The notes under the pieces were generated by a model that saw only the letters and a list, made by a program, of their open reading frames with translations, made no database searches and was not told the DNA's origin. This document shows, in pieces, positions 49,919-62,870 of a DNA stretch of 64,000 bases (its first letter is position 1; the number at the start of each line of letters is the position of its first letter). Origin of the DNA: Antedon mediterranea (lineage: Eukaryota > Animalia > Echinodermata); contig NC_092671.1 of assembly GCF_964355755.1 (NCBI RefSeq), forward strand, positions 11,904,001 through 11,968,000, written 5' to 3'. Both the position numbers and the translations under genes were made by a program.

Positions 49919-51840
49919 TTAATACCTTTGTCCCCTCTGTCCTCCACCAAAACTAACATCACCTTGATGTGGGCGACTTCGATCAATACCAAAATTACTA
50001 CCGCCTGTAGCTAATGGAATGGGATTCATCATATTACCACCATACATGCCACCAGCTATGTTTCCAGGTTGTTGCATGTTAGGTCCACCACCACCCATGT
50101 ACCCCCCACTTGGCCGGGTCTGCAACGATTGATTAATTGGTGTAGACATCTGTGACATGTTTCCTTGATTCATTGGTCCACCAACCAAACCAGCTCCTGT
50201 ATTTGGCCATCGTTCAACTGCTCTATTCATCAAGTTGTTATCAAGGTTATTCTGCGGCCAATTACTGTCAGGCTGTCGTGGACCCTGACCTAACAAGCCA
50301 CCGATGGCATGAACTGAATTATTATCTTCACGTCCACTTCTATCGCGATTATTTGCACGATCGTATTCCATTCTTGCAGAGTATTGTTGATTACGATCTC
50401 TGTTGAAATCACGCCTATCATTTTCCCGTAGCTCTACATGTCTCTCATTTCCAGTTACTCTTCTATCTGACCTTTGACCACCAGATTCTCGGACTTGACC
50501 ACTGGCACGCTCTGCTTTCCAATCAGGCCGAACATTAGTTGAAGTATCTCTGGCAGTATCGGTCCTATTGCTTGGACGTCCACTTGTTTCTTCACGACTT
50601 GCTGCACCACGACGATGTTCATTGGCATGGTGTGTCTGATTACTACGATCTCTCTCTTGTGCATTTCTCTGTGGCTCTCGCCTCTCCCTATTTTCATGTG
50701 TTCTGGCACGAGTTTCAGTACTACTGGTATTAGACTTAACAGCTGGATATCTAGAATCCCTGCCAGTGGTAGCAGCAGTTTGTCTTCTTTGAGTATCACG
50801 CTCTCTACCTCCGGCAACTACTCGTCGTTCATCTCTTGGCGATCTTCTAGGGGCTGTAGTATTTGTTTCTCTTCGTGGATGTGCATTTTCACGCCTTCGA
50901 GACTGGTCAGTAGCACGGAAATCCTCACGTCTATTAGCAGCATTCGCCTCTCTGCGAACTGGATCAGTTCGTCTGTTGATCTCTTCACGTCTGTTTCTGT
51001 TATCTCTGTTCAAATTGTCATCACGTCTAGAATCATCACGCCTTGTTTGGTCATCTCTAAAGCGACCAACTCCTTGACCAGTAAACTTTGTAACCTGAAG
51101 ATCTTCTCGCCTCATCTGCTCATTACCTCGTCTGTCATACCTCTCTACACGTCTTTCCATGTGAGAATTGTCACCAACTCTGGAAGAATTCCACATATTT
51201 CCATCATTCATATCCGGTCTGTTGAAATCGTCTAAGCCACCAGGTCGACTTCTTTTGTTATCGTGCCAGTACGGATCAGCATCTCTAACTGGAGGAGCTC
51301 GACTGTCGAGAGTTCTTTTCAAATTGGCTCTTCTTTCCTGCTCTTGTCTAACTTGAATTTCTAACCTACGCTGTTCTTCACGTTCACGCTCTAACCTCTG
51401 TTCTTCTCTAATGCGCTCTTGTTGTAACCTAAGTCGTTCGCGTTCCAGTCTATCTCTTTCCAACTTTTCTCTTTCCAATCGTTGCCTTTCAAGTTCTAAT
51501 TGCTGCCTCTCGCGTTGAATCTTCATCTCTTCTTCTCTATGCTGTCTCCTTAGAATTTCTCGTTCTCTTCTTAAAGCATTTTCTCTGTCACGCATTCTAC
51601 GGCGTTCTTTTTCCCTCATCTCTCGTTCTCGCTGGCGCTGACGTTCCCTCTCTCGCTGTTCTTTAATTTTATCTAATGACAGCACATCCTTCTTCTCCTT
51701 TGAATCTTTCCTATCTTTTTCGCCTTTATCTGCACTGACTGATGACTTTCCACCTGTTCTGTCTTTACTGGCATCCCTTTTATTCCCTGGACTTTTAGAA
51801 GAGCTTCCTTCCTTCTTTTCACTTTTCCCATCGGATTTAC
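49919..51840 (-). CDS. SAFB: SAFB-like exon 12 (RE-rich coiled coil, R/G-rich tail, stop)
   Basis: ttttag|GT acceptor; [23 protein letters not shown] motif; open to TAA; minus-strand AATAAA signals near 49855 and 49590. Confidence 0.92.
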
Positions 51841-52321
51841 CTAAAAAAGGGAAATTGAATATTTTCAAAATAACTAAACTGATTAAAGAAGCAAAGTTTG
51901 GTTTTTAATTAAAATAACCAAATGTCTCTTTCTATTAAACTATAACATTGCAATACAATCGTGCATAATGTACGGAGAAAATATCAAAATTTACATTTTA
52001 AAACATCAATTTATGAATGTTAAATTGACATCAAGGTTACACAATCTACATCGATTTAGGTTTCAGTTATTAAAGGTTACTTATTGTAACATGATCCCAG
52101 CAACAAATATTAATGTCTAACAATTCTACACTTGTAAATCTAAACCAAGCAGAAACCAAACTACTACATTATGAACTTATTTAAACTAAAGTGTAATACT
52201 AAGGATTTCAAAGAACAATATTGAGTACAAGCAGCTAAAACACCTTAAATGTTTGTAATGTTTAATCGTATAATTTTGTTTATATTGATTGCAACAATGA
52301 ATTTTACAACAGTATGCATAC

Positions 52322-52727
52322 CTGTGGCCTTTGATGGGCTAGACATACTTTTACTGGCTTCTTTCTTATCATCAGACTTCTTATCATCTGTCTTTTTATC
52401 ATCAGTCTTTTCGCTGGTCTTCTCCTCTTTTTTAGCAGTGTCTGGTTTTTCTTTGCTAGTGACTGGTTTGTCTTTTGACGACTTGTCTCTACTATTTGTG
52501 CTACTACTCGTAGATTTTTCTGCTGCTTTGGTAGATTTTTCAGCAGGTTTCTTTTCAGTAGTTTTGGCTTTCTCGGATGTTTTGGGTTTTTCAGTCGATT
52601 TTGAATCTCTTTTTGTGTCAGACGTGCGACTACTGGATTCCCGACTGTCTCGTCTTGGTGTGGAAGGTGTTGTTTTCCTGGACGATGAGGATGACGAATT
52701 AGGAATAGGAGCAGGATCGTTCCGGGC
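52322..52727 (-). CDS. SAFB: SAFB-like exon 11 (S/K/T-rich)
   Basis: tctcag|GCC...G|gtatgc; 406 nt open, ends in phase 1. Confidence 0.85.
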
Positions 52728-52997
52728 CTGAGAATGATAAGAAGTATTATTATTTCATTAAAGTTTTTAATATTACTTACTTTTAACTTACTAAAATTAC
52801 AAAAGTAATGTACAGCTTGAAATCTCATAAATGTTAATCTAAATATTAATTAATTTTATTTAAATAGTAGAGCACATTCCTTGAAAATAGAAAAGCGATT
52901 TAAAATTTGGGTAGTAATAAAACAGATTTGATATACATTTAGCTTTTTCCCACACATGAATGGGAATTATATCTACAATTAGTTATGCTCAACATAC

Positions 52998-53147
52998 CCA
53001 TTCTACATGTATGAGTTTGCCATGAAGCTCTGTCCTATGAAGGTGATTAATTGCCTTAGCCGCCTCTGACCCTGTGGACATTGTAACAAACCCATAGCAA
53101 GCTGCCCCTGGGCTACGTGCATTTGTCACTACCTTGGCTCCAATTAC
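52998..53147 (-). CDS. SAFB: SAFB-like exon 10 (RRM C-half)
   Basis: [50 protein letters not shown] is highly SAFB-like (RNP1 CYGFVTM). Confidence 0.93.
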
Positions 53148-53761
53148 CTTTTAATAACAAGTGAACATTCATTTAATGCTATTGGCCATAAATATTTGTG
53201 TAAATCAGTCTCTAATGCATTAAGACATTAGTGTATTGATTTAAATATCAATAACTTCATGTTAAAGGTCAAAATAATAGCAATATAACGATTGCATCAG
53301 AAATTAACTTAAGAAACAATACAACTTTTACATGTGGTTGCAAAACAACAATGCACACACGCAGGAGAAAACTAAGATATTGCTTCATTAAATTTTGTAT
53401 AAAAAACTAATAAGATTTGTAAAACTGTAATCTACAACACCATATCCAATGAATAATTATAGATAATAAAACAAGGGTAAATCTGATTGATTATTAGATC
53501 ATAAGAACCTGATAAACTTGACTCATCATTTTCTATATACACTTTATTTACTAGGTATGTTCAGTGCCTAACCGTAAGCTTGAAAATATTATGTTTGAAT
53601 TGAACAATTAGTAAATTATATTTTATAACAAAGGAGGACAGTAATATAACAAAACAGTATAGAATAATAATATATAGGATGTAATATGCACAACATTATT
53701 TCCCATATATTAACTAAGTGATTTTCCATAAAGTTATTAAGAAAATTATGTATCAATATAC

Positions 53762-53841
53762 CTTTCCGTATTTGCTGAATGACGATTTTAAATCAGCTGC
53801 TCTTGTAAGTTTAGATAAATTGCTTACCCACAGATTGCGTC
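53762..53841 (-). CDS. SAFB: SAFB-like exon 9 (RRM N-half)
   Basis: [27 protein letters not shown] matches the start of the SAFB RRM; canonical AG/GT. Confidence 0.92.
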
Positions 53842-54144
53842 CTACATTAGGTTAAACAAAATAAATTACAAGAAATGTATACCTATAAGAGAACTCAAAT
53901 ATCTTTTGCAAGAATATCACAATCCTAAATTATGTTTCCATTTTGTATAGCGAGGCAGCATTATTATAGTCACAATATGAACACATATATTAGTATTGCA
54001 TATATTACTACTGTATTTTTCAATTTTGTACAGCCTGTGCAATAATGTATGATATTCTAGACGCAGATTGGTTTATTTGGGGTTCTACTGTATGAGATTT
54101 TCCAATTAAAGTTACCAAGTCGGTGAAAAAAAATAACAAATTAC

Positions 54145-54182
54145 CCTTTTCATCACGAGATGGAGTCTTGTTTGTAGTAGAG
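54145..54182 (-). CDS. SAFB: SAFB-like exon 8
   Basis: ttgcag|...G|gtaatt; 38 nt links phase 2 to phase 1 (STTNKTPSRDEK). Confidence 0.78.
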
Positions 54183-55276
54183 CTGCAAATATACATTAAA
54201 CAATATATTACAAAAATGCACTCAATGAAAACAACAACATATAGTCTCTTATATATTATCTAAACTGACAAATCTATTAAATGTACATGTAGGAATGTTA
54301 CTTAAGGCTAAATACCGATACTTCAATGAAATAAAGAATATACTGTCAGAGATACCAAAAATATATATATATAAATAAACTAATTCACTAAAAAAAAACA
54401 ACCCCTCATAATTATGAAGTAAATTTTATGCAATATCAGCATGCAGAATTTGTAATAGTAAAATTAAAGAATACTGTAGATTTCTCTTTACATTTTCCCT
54501 TCGTATCTAGTTTTATTTGATGCAACGCAATTCAGCTTCAGTCATAATTAGGATTCCATCCTTCATTTTTGTTTGTGGAACTAGCAATCTTATTAATATT
54601 TGTGTATTGTTGTGTTCAACATGCTTTAAATGTATATAATATGCACAATGTTGGTCAAAGAATTATCATGCAACATTTTGGTAAACTTTAGCCCTTGCAA
54701 AGATAAGTATACATGTGTATACAAGAACATGCAACTTGATATTCAATTTTTAACAATTCTCCAAATCACAGACGATATAAATTAACCTCTTTCGATTAGA
54801 AATGTAGACCATTGCTCTACAGAAACCATTCCTGTGGACATACTGTAGGCGGCATCAAATTTCTTATGGCAAAGATTGGTACAGCATCACCTCAGATCAG
54901 ATTGCCCACGGGAACATGACACGATACCTTCATGCCCCAAGCAACTTCCTAGTGTCTTCATCAGTACCAACTCACATCAGTACACCAAGAGATGCGTGAT
55001 CAACTTAAGCACACTTCAGACCATCATAATAGATAAATTAGGATACTGCTTTCATAATACAACAAGTGGACTGATTTATCTTGGTACTAACTATGCAAAA
55101 GTGGATCTATGAAATCACTGTCGCTGCACTACAATTACTCTGGGCAAACTAGTCACTATTAAAAATGTACTTAAATATTATTTCCTTAATTAACTAATAC
55201 AGTACTGTACTATTTCTTTAAAGACAGTTCACAAGAAGCCTGCCATTCAGTGCCTAATACAATTGACATCACAAAC

Positions 55277-55754
55277 CTTTTACTGCGTGAACCACCAGTA
55301 GTTGTACCTGATGCAGGTTTTCTGTCACCTGCAGCATCCTTGCTAGTCGACTTCTCATCTTTTTTCTCATCTTTACCGGCGTCTTTCGAACTACCTTTAG
55401 ACTCAGCAGTTTTTGTACTGGTCGCATCAGCATTTGCTTTATCAATCCCCTCATCTTTAGTAGGTGTACCGCTACGCTCATCTCTAGATTCTGTATGATC
55501 TCCACTGGCAACTTCTTCTGGTCCCTTCTTAGGGGTTGAGGTTAGATCAGCATCAAGCTCCAGTAGAGCAGGTTCATCAACATGCACAACCAAACTCTCA
55601 TTATCTTCAGCTTTCAGAGTGGTAGAGGCATCGTTTTCAATGGCATTCTGGTTGGTTTGGGAGTCAGTTGTAACTGTAGATTCTGGGATTTGGGACAAGG
55701 ATGTACTATCAACATCCTCAGCAGAATTTGTATTCTTGTCTTGGTCACTACTTG
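55277..55754 (-). CDS. SAFB: SAFB-like exon 7
   Basis: ttacag|...AG|gtttgt; lies within ORF 55210..55776; low-complexity charged region. Confidence 0.85.
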
Positions 55755-56270
55755 CTGTAACATTGAATGCAAACACGTAAGTAGAAAACAGTTAGATTTT
55801 TTACATGAAAAAAGAAACAGAATTAACTTTTTTATATACTTACCAAAGGAATGATTTTGAGAATTAACTATTTGAATGTAACAAAATGTGTAAGCTTTCT
55901 TGTCTATTTGGTAATTTATAAATAAATAATATTGTGCAGTATTAATGTTGACCAGAATTCAGACATCTATAGCAGTACTCACTGCAAGGTAGTAGATCAG
56001 TAGTTTAAGCCAGTCAAATGTGAGCTCTCTTCTCTCAGCTCAAATTCTTTCTTTCTTTTATCCAGTGAAAGACAGCATCATTACATTCTTATCGTAAGGT
56101 TTGACACAGAGGACAGTGTTGCATTATTCACTTGAAGACCATTAAACATTTCGTCAATTAAAAATGGATGTGTAGTAAAACAACACTTAGTTGTTAGCGG
56201 TTCTGACGTTTATACAGAATAATAATGAAATACAATGCAATTGTATTTTTTGTTGTCTTCACTGTGTAAC

Positions 56271-56625
56271 CCCACTGTATGTCTGGTATATCGATGTCAG
56301 CTACATACTCAACACCACTGTATGGCAGGTATATCAATGTCAGCTACATACTCAACACCACTGTATGCCTGGTATATCGATGTCAGTTACATACTCAACA
56401 CTACTGTACACCTGGTAGATCGATGTCAGCTATGTACTAAACACCACTGTACGCTTGGTAAATTGATACATACTCAACACTAGTCTATGCCTGCTATATC
56501 AGCTACATGTTCAACACATCTATGCCTGGCAATCAATAACAGCTACGTATTCAACACGTATGTCTGGTATCAGCTTGTATTCAACACCACTGTATGTCTA
56601 GTAATCGATATCAGCTATGTATTCA
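56271..56625. repeat. 43-bp minisatellite (about 8 decaying copies) in SAFB intron 6
   Basis: CCACTGTATGTCTGGTATATCGATGTCAGCTACATACTCAACA unit. Confidence 0.88.
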
Positions 56626-57315
56626 AATATTGGCAACGGCTGTGTCTATGAAGGGGTCTGTTAGATAACTTCCCAAAATAACCCATCATGTGTTTATATG
56701 AAAGTAACTCATCATTGTTTTCAATCCAAGTAGCCAAAACACTGTCAACATAACCACTTCATATTGGTGTTGCCCTCACTATATAAACAAGTTGAGTAGT
56801 ATTATAGTTTTGCAGTGCAAGAGCCAATCAATGTTTTTGGCAGTTTTGAATGAGTTAGATAACCTTTACATTCTGTTGAACTTTTCATTCTAGACATCAC
56901 TCGCAGAACATCAAATTTGATCAATTCAGCTTAACCATTGCCGACATCTTAGTTCAGAATAGAATGTTATTACCACTAAACGGAAATTCCATGCATTATT
57001 TAGGGATTAATTTTTGTTTAATTAACAACACAGGATGTAATGTATCAACATGCTCTGTAAGCCAGGTCTTGTACAAGGCTTAGTTAGCAGAATTTTTTTT
57101 TTTAATTCAAATTTGAAATCCAAATATTAATATAAATGCATGTAACATGCATATATCAATTTTAAAATGCATGGAATTTCACAATAGAGAAGAAAGCTTA
57201 AACATTTTTTTTTGGTAAAGTGATAGGCCATCAATGATCTTTTGTTTTGGTTGTAAATATTTTTTTGTTTTTTAAATAATGATTGTTAGTATCTCTCGTT
57301 GACTCGTAACTATAC

Positions 57316-57352
57316 CTTTATTATTAACTTCAGTAGCATCATCTTCAACTTC
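57316..57352 (-). CDS. SAFB: SAFB-like exon 6
   Basis: ttttag|GAA...G|gtatag; 37 nt gives the phase 1 required by exon 7. Confidence 0.72.
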
Positions 57353-57615
57353 CTAAAATGAAAACAAAAACATTACATTCATTTAATTCTGTGTATAAAT
57401 TCAAAAATTAATTTCTTAAACCAAGCAAGTTTCAAAGAAGTTATTACAGCATTTGTTCTGGAAAAGTTTTTATTGTATGTCCAATTGCAAGCGATTAAGT
57501 TCGCTGTTGGAGTCCCTCTGGTCAAGCGTGTGTGTGTGAAAACACTTTTCATTTGCACTGTTCATATCCGAGTAAAATTCAGAATAAGTTGAATTGATAT
57601 TCTGTTTATACTTAC

Positions 57616-57708
57616 GTCTTCAGTTAGAAGCTGGTCATACTCTGCGTTCACATTCAGGGCATCCTCATTGTCTTCATCAATGCTTTCAAGTACTTCAACC
57701 AAATCACT
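57616..57708 (-). CDS. SAFB: SAFB-like exon 5
   Basis: aatag|AGT...GAC|gtaagt; 93 nt, SDLVEVLESIDEDNEDALNVNAEYDQLLTED. Confidence 0.78.
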
Positions 57709-57829
57709 CTATTAAATAATATCATGAGAAATCATGGTAATGAATTTGTAATCACCATTAGACATCGTTGTCAAATGTCTGTTTGTTCTACAAAGTAGCT
57801 TAGAGAAGCATGTGTGTTAAAAATCAAAC

Positions 57830-57997
57830 CTCAATAACATCATCAATCGTCTCCATTTTTTCTTCATCTAACAGCTCTAGCTGATTTTCTACACCATCGT
57901 CATCTGCACTAGCTTCCTCCAAAATCTGCATTCCATGCTCTTCTAGTTGCTTCTCCGAATCTTCAGTCTCCATCCCTTCTTCTAATTCATCAGTCAT
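57830..57997 (-). CDS. SAFB: SAFB-like exon 4 (acidic region)
   Basis: tacag|ATG...GAG|gtttga; 168 nt open, D/E-rich. Confidence 0.8.
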
Positions 57998-58143
57998 CTG
58001 TAATATATTGATGCATGTTAGTTCAAGTTTATTTGTATACTGTGTATTCTTACTACAGTAGCTGATTAATAATGAAACTTAAATTCAATACAAAATATAA
58101 ATACACTATTAGGAAATTCTATTATATTTTGTTGTATGTTTAC

Positions 58144-58190
58144 CTCTAAAGAGTTGTCTGCATTTTCTTCTCCGTCTTGCTCTTTTTTCT
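58144..58190 (-). CDS. SAFB: SAFB-like exon 3
   Basis: tttcag|...|gtaaac; 47 nt restores phase 0; acidic peptide EQDGEENADNSLE. Confidence 0.8.
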
Positions 58191-58323
58191 CTGAAATAAA
58201 ACATCAATAACATAATCATATTAATTAAAAAAACCAAATCATATTTCCATATATAAATTAATACAATGTCAATAGGCCTATAATATTTTGTCAGGATGGA
58301 AATTAAATTTGGTTTTTACTGAC

Positions 58324-58405
58324 TTGTTGCTGGTTTCTTGGCTGGTGTACTACTTGAGACTTCAATCAATATTTTATCGGGATCACCACCTTCTTCTTCT
58401 ACAGC
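58324..58405 (-). CDS. SAFB: SAFB-like exon 2
   Basis: cag|GCT...|gtcagt; AVEEEGGDPDKILIEV follows the SAP domain as in SAFB; phase consistent. Confidence 0.85.
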
Positions 58406-58957
58406 CTGTGTAAGTGTGAATATCAAATGCATGTTTAAAATATTAAAACCTTAGAAATGTATATTATTTATATTAATTTTAATTTTATTTACAGACTGTT
58501 TTACTTACATCATTTCTGTTCCAGCTAGGCCCTAGCTAGTAGGCCTAATATTATTAATAATAAATAACATAGCCTATCGGGAGTGTGCCTATTTATTGAT
58601 TGATTGTTGTTAAAAAAGTTTTAATAATGATGTCACTGTCAGCGTTAAAATTATTCATATTGACCATTTTATTTATTATCATTTAATAATACTAATAGGT
58701 AGCCTTAGCTAGGGGCCTACCTATTAATTAAATTAGCAAGTACAGGTAGCCTAGCTAGGGCCTACTCGGCTCCAGCTAGGCCTAGGCAAGCCTATATAGT
58801 ATATATGGCTTAGGCTAGCTTAAAGGGCTAAAGGGTAGGCCTACCTAGGCTATACCAACCGAGCTTAGCTCTACACAGCTAGCCCCTGGACCACCTATGC
58901 TAGGCCCTAGGCCGCGTCATATAAAGCATAAAACAACCAAACAACAGAATTATTAAC

Positions 58958-59089
58958 CTTTTGTAATCTCTCAACCAAAACTGCTTTGACGCCAGTTTTT
59001 TCTAGTCCCCTTCTTTCAAGCTCTGATTTCAAATCTACCACTCTAAGTTCAGAAATTTTCTTTCCACCTGGAGTGTTCTCAACAGACAT
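58958..59089 (-). CDS. SAFB: SAFB/SLTM-family scaffold attachment factor, exon 1 (SAP domain)
   Basis: [44 protein letters not shown] is a SAP motif; ends at GT donor (aag|gttaat). Confidence 0.92.
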
Positions 59090-59215
59090 TTTTCCAGTGA
59101 AAAACGACGACGGATCGAAAAGGAGCGAAATACCACGCGCGATCCCGAAAAAGCGAAGAGGAAAAATGTCGTGTCACGTGATCGATCGTAAACAGTATCC
59201 CGGATGATCACATTT
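59090..59215 (-). promoter_or_regulatory. CpG-rich 5'UTR/promoter of the SAFB-like gene with E-box GTCACGTGA
   Basis: Locally CpG-dense stretch directly upstream of the ATG; GTCACGTGA at 59173-59181. Confidence 0.5.
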
Positions 59216-61101
59216 TAAAACAAACGAGCATCGATTAAGTTCGTCAACTCAATTTTAAGTAGGGCCTACTAAATTACATTAATTTAAATGAATTAAAATA
59301 CAGTAATTTTTTTTAAACTAAATAATTTAAAAATAAGGAAGGAGAAGAAATAATATGTAAATAAAAAATAGGAGAATAGGATTAATTTGGACATTGTCTC
59401 AACGCCTCTAATATTAATTGGGAAGTTATGAAACTATAGAGGGCAATATAATACTACATCAATCCATAGAGGGCGATATGAAAAACCTTAACAAATTAGC
59501 ATTTAATGCGTGCCGAAGGTGAAAAATCAGTTGGCAACTCATGATTTCACTTATTAAACAAATTGATTATAAATATGTTCTCTTTTCAATATAGGCCTAT
59601 AGATTTATAGTAGAAATTAGTAGGCCTATATACAGTATATCGGGACAATGTCTTGGTTTATCAAAATATCGGGACCCGCTTATCGGGAGAATTGAGGTCT
59701 GCGCAATTCACCAAACTTGCAGACTGAGAACTAGAAGATATTCTCCTTAATTTCAGAATCTATGAAAGAGAGGATATTGTTTATTGATAGCGATAAACAA
59801 TTTTCAAAACTAGTAATCATATACCATATTTCAACGTAAAATAGGCTAGGCCTACAATATTGAAAAGTATCAAATCAAGTTTCATCGAATTCTTCTGACT
59901 ATTTTATACGATTTCAACCGTATACGGATAAACGCCCCTGGACGTTTATTGTTCGGGAAGCATACATTTTTTGCGTGTTGCAATATGGTAACATATACAG
60001 GTATAATCAAATAAATTCTCCTTTAATATGAAAAAATATAACACAACAATTAATATCAAGATAAAATAATACAGTATAACAAATATGCTTGATCAATTGT
60101 ATCATGGGAACAATGTATTTTCTTTGCATGTTCTGTAATGCAATATTGTGTGTATGCATAATTATCATGTTTATTTGAGGAAAAAATAAAGGCCACAGGC
60201 CGTACATTTTGTATTCCAAACGATGTTTTATTGTGGAGTTTACTCAAAGCGAGGCATTTATTCGAATAATTAAAATGTTTACAACTTATTTTTAGTTCAT
60301 GGTTGAAAAAATGGTTATATCGATCCTAAACCTCAATTGAATATGTTCAAATGAGTTCATCAAACGCTTTTCCTTCAAAATTAGATGACGAATCTAGGAC
60401 GACAAAAGTATGACAAATTACGATATTTACTGTTTAAATTTACCTTTATTTATCAAAAACATTAAAGAAAGTAGAAGTATTCCAAAAATAAATCAAGTTA
60501 CAGTAAACCTGGATATGCCTGCTAATAATAATAATAATTAATCAAAATTTGAATTAACTGTAAAACAATCATAACACCGCAAAGTATCGCTAAAATGACC
60601 ATATAGATAATTAAATGCATCATCAAAGACACACGTTAGTTTATTCATGACCAGGCAATAATTGCTGACACAAGTTTGTAAAAATTGTGAAATCACGTTT
60701 CACCAACGATATGTCGTTTAAACTATTTATTCTAGAACAGTTTGTTGAAATAATATAATTGGTTTGTTTTAATTGACTTTCAAACAAGCGCCTTCAAAGT
60801 CGAACGATACGTAAATGAAAACAACATACTGACTAAGGTAATATATACAAGACAGTTCTAAGAAATGATTACGGTAATATAGCCTATATATAATAAAAAA
60901 ATATATTACAGTAAAGAATTAGCATCTACAACCTATAGTAATTGATTCCTCCTCAAATGTTGTTAAAACCGCAGAGGTACATGTACATCTACAATAGTAT
61001 TACAATATATAATACCGGTACAGTACTAAAATTTATTTTTAAATTAAGTATAGTTCATTACTAAACTTAGATAATAGGCTTAAATAGTACAATAAATCAT
61101 A

Positions 61102-61416
61102 TTATATAACACCTATATAAATTCCTGTCATTTGATTGGACGAATGTGGATCACATGGCGTGCAATAGTACGCACTATTCAACGATCGTTAAATAGTACT
61201 TTTTGAAACATTTTTGTGTACGAAAAAAAAACGTCTAGATGTTATATAAAACAAATAATGAATGTTTTGTATTCGTGTAATGGTACAAATAATGGCACTT
61301 GGTGAATGATGAAAGGTTATATCAACTCGGCTTTGCCTCGTTGATATAACCTTTCATCATTCACCTCGTGCCATTATTTGTACCATTGCACTCATAAACA
61401 TTCATTATTTGTATAA
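61102..61416 (+). mobile_element. Non-autonomous CryptonA-like element
   Basis: TTA...TAA ends, TGATTGG near the 5' end, 3' hairpin of about 73 bp (61252-61326/61340-61412) with TCGGCTTTGCCTC loop. Confidence 0.7.
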
Positions 61417-62268
61417 TATACAATTCAATGCTATAGTGAAATAATGGCACAGCAATGTTATTTAAAAACACCATTTTAAACTACTGTGTCGTTACAGTGA
61501 TATTGTTGTATAATAAACGTACTATACATGAAAATATACTGAAATATATATTAGTATCACACGAGTATAACATGGGTTCTTAAGCTCAAGGCATATAATA
61601 GAAAAATATTTGTATAAGTACATTTTGTAAAATAATCTCTTTAATACGATACAGAAAATGTGTTTTAAGCGTACATAGGGCCTACAGTCAATTCAAGAGG
61701 TAAAACAGTACAAACAGAAAATCCACTTACCCTAAACTGTAATATTATCACTAAAAGTCGAAATTACATTACCATTTTATCCACATTTTAAATTTAATTA
61801 AAAAATAGTTTGTACAAAATGTGCAGCACTATCGTAAAAGGTGATGGTCTTAAATGAGATACTATATTTGAGATGTAAACAACATCAACATGTTAACATG
61901 TAATTGAAATGGAGAATATTTACATTGGAATTGTCTTGAATGTTTTGTTCACAAGAGAAAAAGAAAAGTTAATAAATTCGGGTTGGATGTATTCTACAAA
62001 AGTTTTCTTCCATATTTACAATTCTTCCTATGTGACTGATGTGCATCAAACAAACCAGTAATTTAAATAAAACAGAAGATTTATGTATCAGATGAAGATA
62101 ATAGTCATAAATGTGGTTTTAAGCATTTTGGGTCTACACTGATAATAACACAAAAATATAACCAATTTATTTTAGTTTAGGCTATTGGATTCTTTTGGAT
62201 TTTAGCTGCTGCCTGGTGGCCAGCATAAATAATATGTGAACAATGTTTTAAAGACTTGTTTTAATTGT

Positions 62269-62375
62269 TCAGAAATGGTCCACCATCACAGAAACAGTTT
62301 TGGTACCAACAACCGTTTTCTGTGCTCTTTGCTCATCCTCATCAATCTTCAAGTTTTTCCATTTAGCTGGTTGAC
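62269..62375 (-). CDS. TJP1: ZO-1 homolog, last coding exon
   Basis: Ends VSVMVDHF-stop, like the ZO-1 terminus SVLIDHF. Upstream exons were not found and are presumably beyond the window. Confidence 0.9.
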
Positions 62376-62519
62376 CTAAAAGAAAATGTAAATTGAATAA
62401 TCCATTTAAATGATGACGAGGCTGTCAGAATAGTAATACTATTGGTATTGGTGGATGTGTAAGAACTTAAGAAAAAGTCTGAATCTACCAAAGTTTGTTG
62501 AGATAATAAAAGTTCATAC

Positions 62520-62663
62520 CTGCTGGAGTATCACTTGACTTTAGGTTAAATGACCAACCATCCGGTGTCATTGATGTCTGATGAGGTAATCTCAGTTCCA
62601 CTGGTACGTTAAACTTTAAGTTATGAGGTCCGCACATGACCAATGGACTCAACAGTGTTTCAC
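62520..62663 (-). CDS. TJP1: ZO-1 homolog, penultimate coding exon
   Basis: GETLLSPLVMCGPHNLKFNVPVELRLPH is the ZU5 C-terminal part; canonical splice sites, 144 nt. Confidence 0.92.
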
Positions 62664-62721
62664 CTGAATAAAATAAATGTAAAGGTAATATTTATGATTT
62701 AGACTGATATTGTCGATGTCC

Positions 62722-62810
62722 TTAGTCCATATATCAAAAACTAATATGGTAGTGATATGCCCAAATATGGTACTGATTGTGTCCATATTTTCAATAGTGT
62801 AGACAGAGCT
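62722..62810. mobile_element. Harbinger-like MITE remnant in ZO-1 intron
   Basis: aatatggtagtgatatg repeats and right TIR ATAGTGTAGACAGAGCT followed by TAA. Confidence 0.6.
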
Positions 62811-62870
62811 TAACTCAATGGTAATAGAACCTACAAAAAATAGCTTAAGTACAGTAAAACAATCGCTCAC

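Noticed and set aside
54798-55135. Telomerase RNA or U17/snR30
   Set aside because: No CTAACCCTAA-type template; the AAACCAT/ATTCCT words are on the opposite strand and in the wrong arrangement.
50152-55854. Plus-strand and alternative-frame ORFs overlapping SAFB exons
   Set aside because: Shadows of low-complexity coding exons.
56015-56145. Possible H/ACA RNA in SAFB intron 6
   Set aside because: The hairpin before ACA is only about 20 nt, too short for a guide hairpin.
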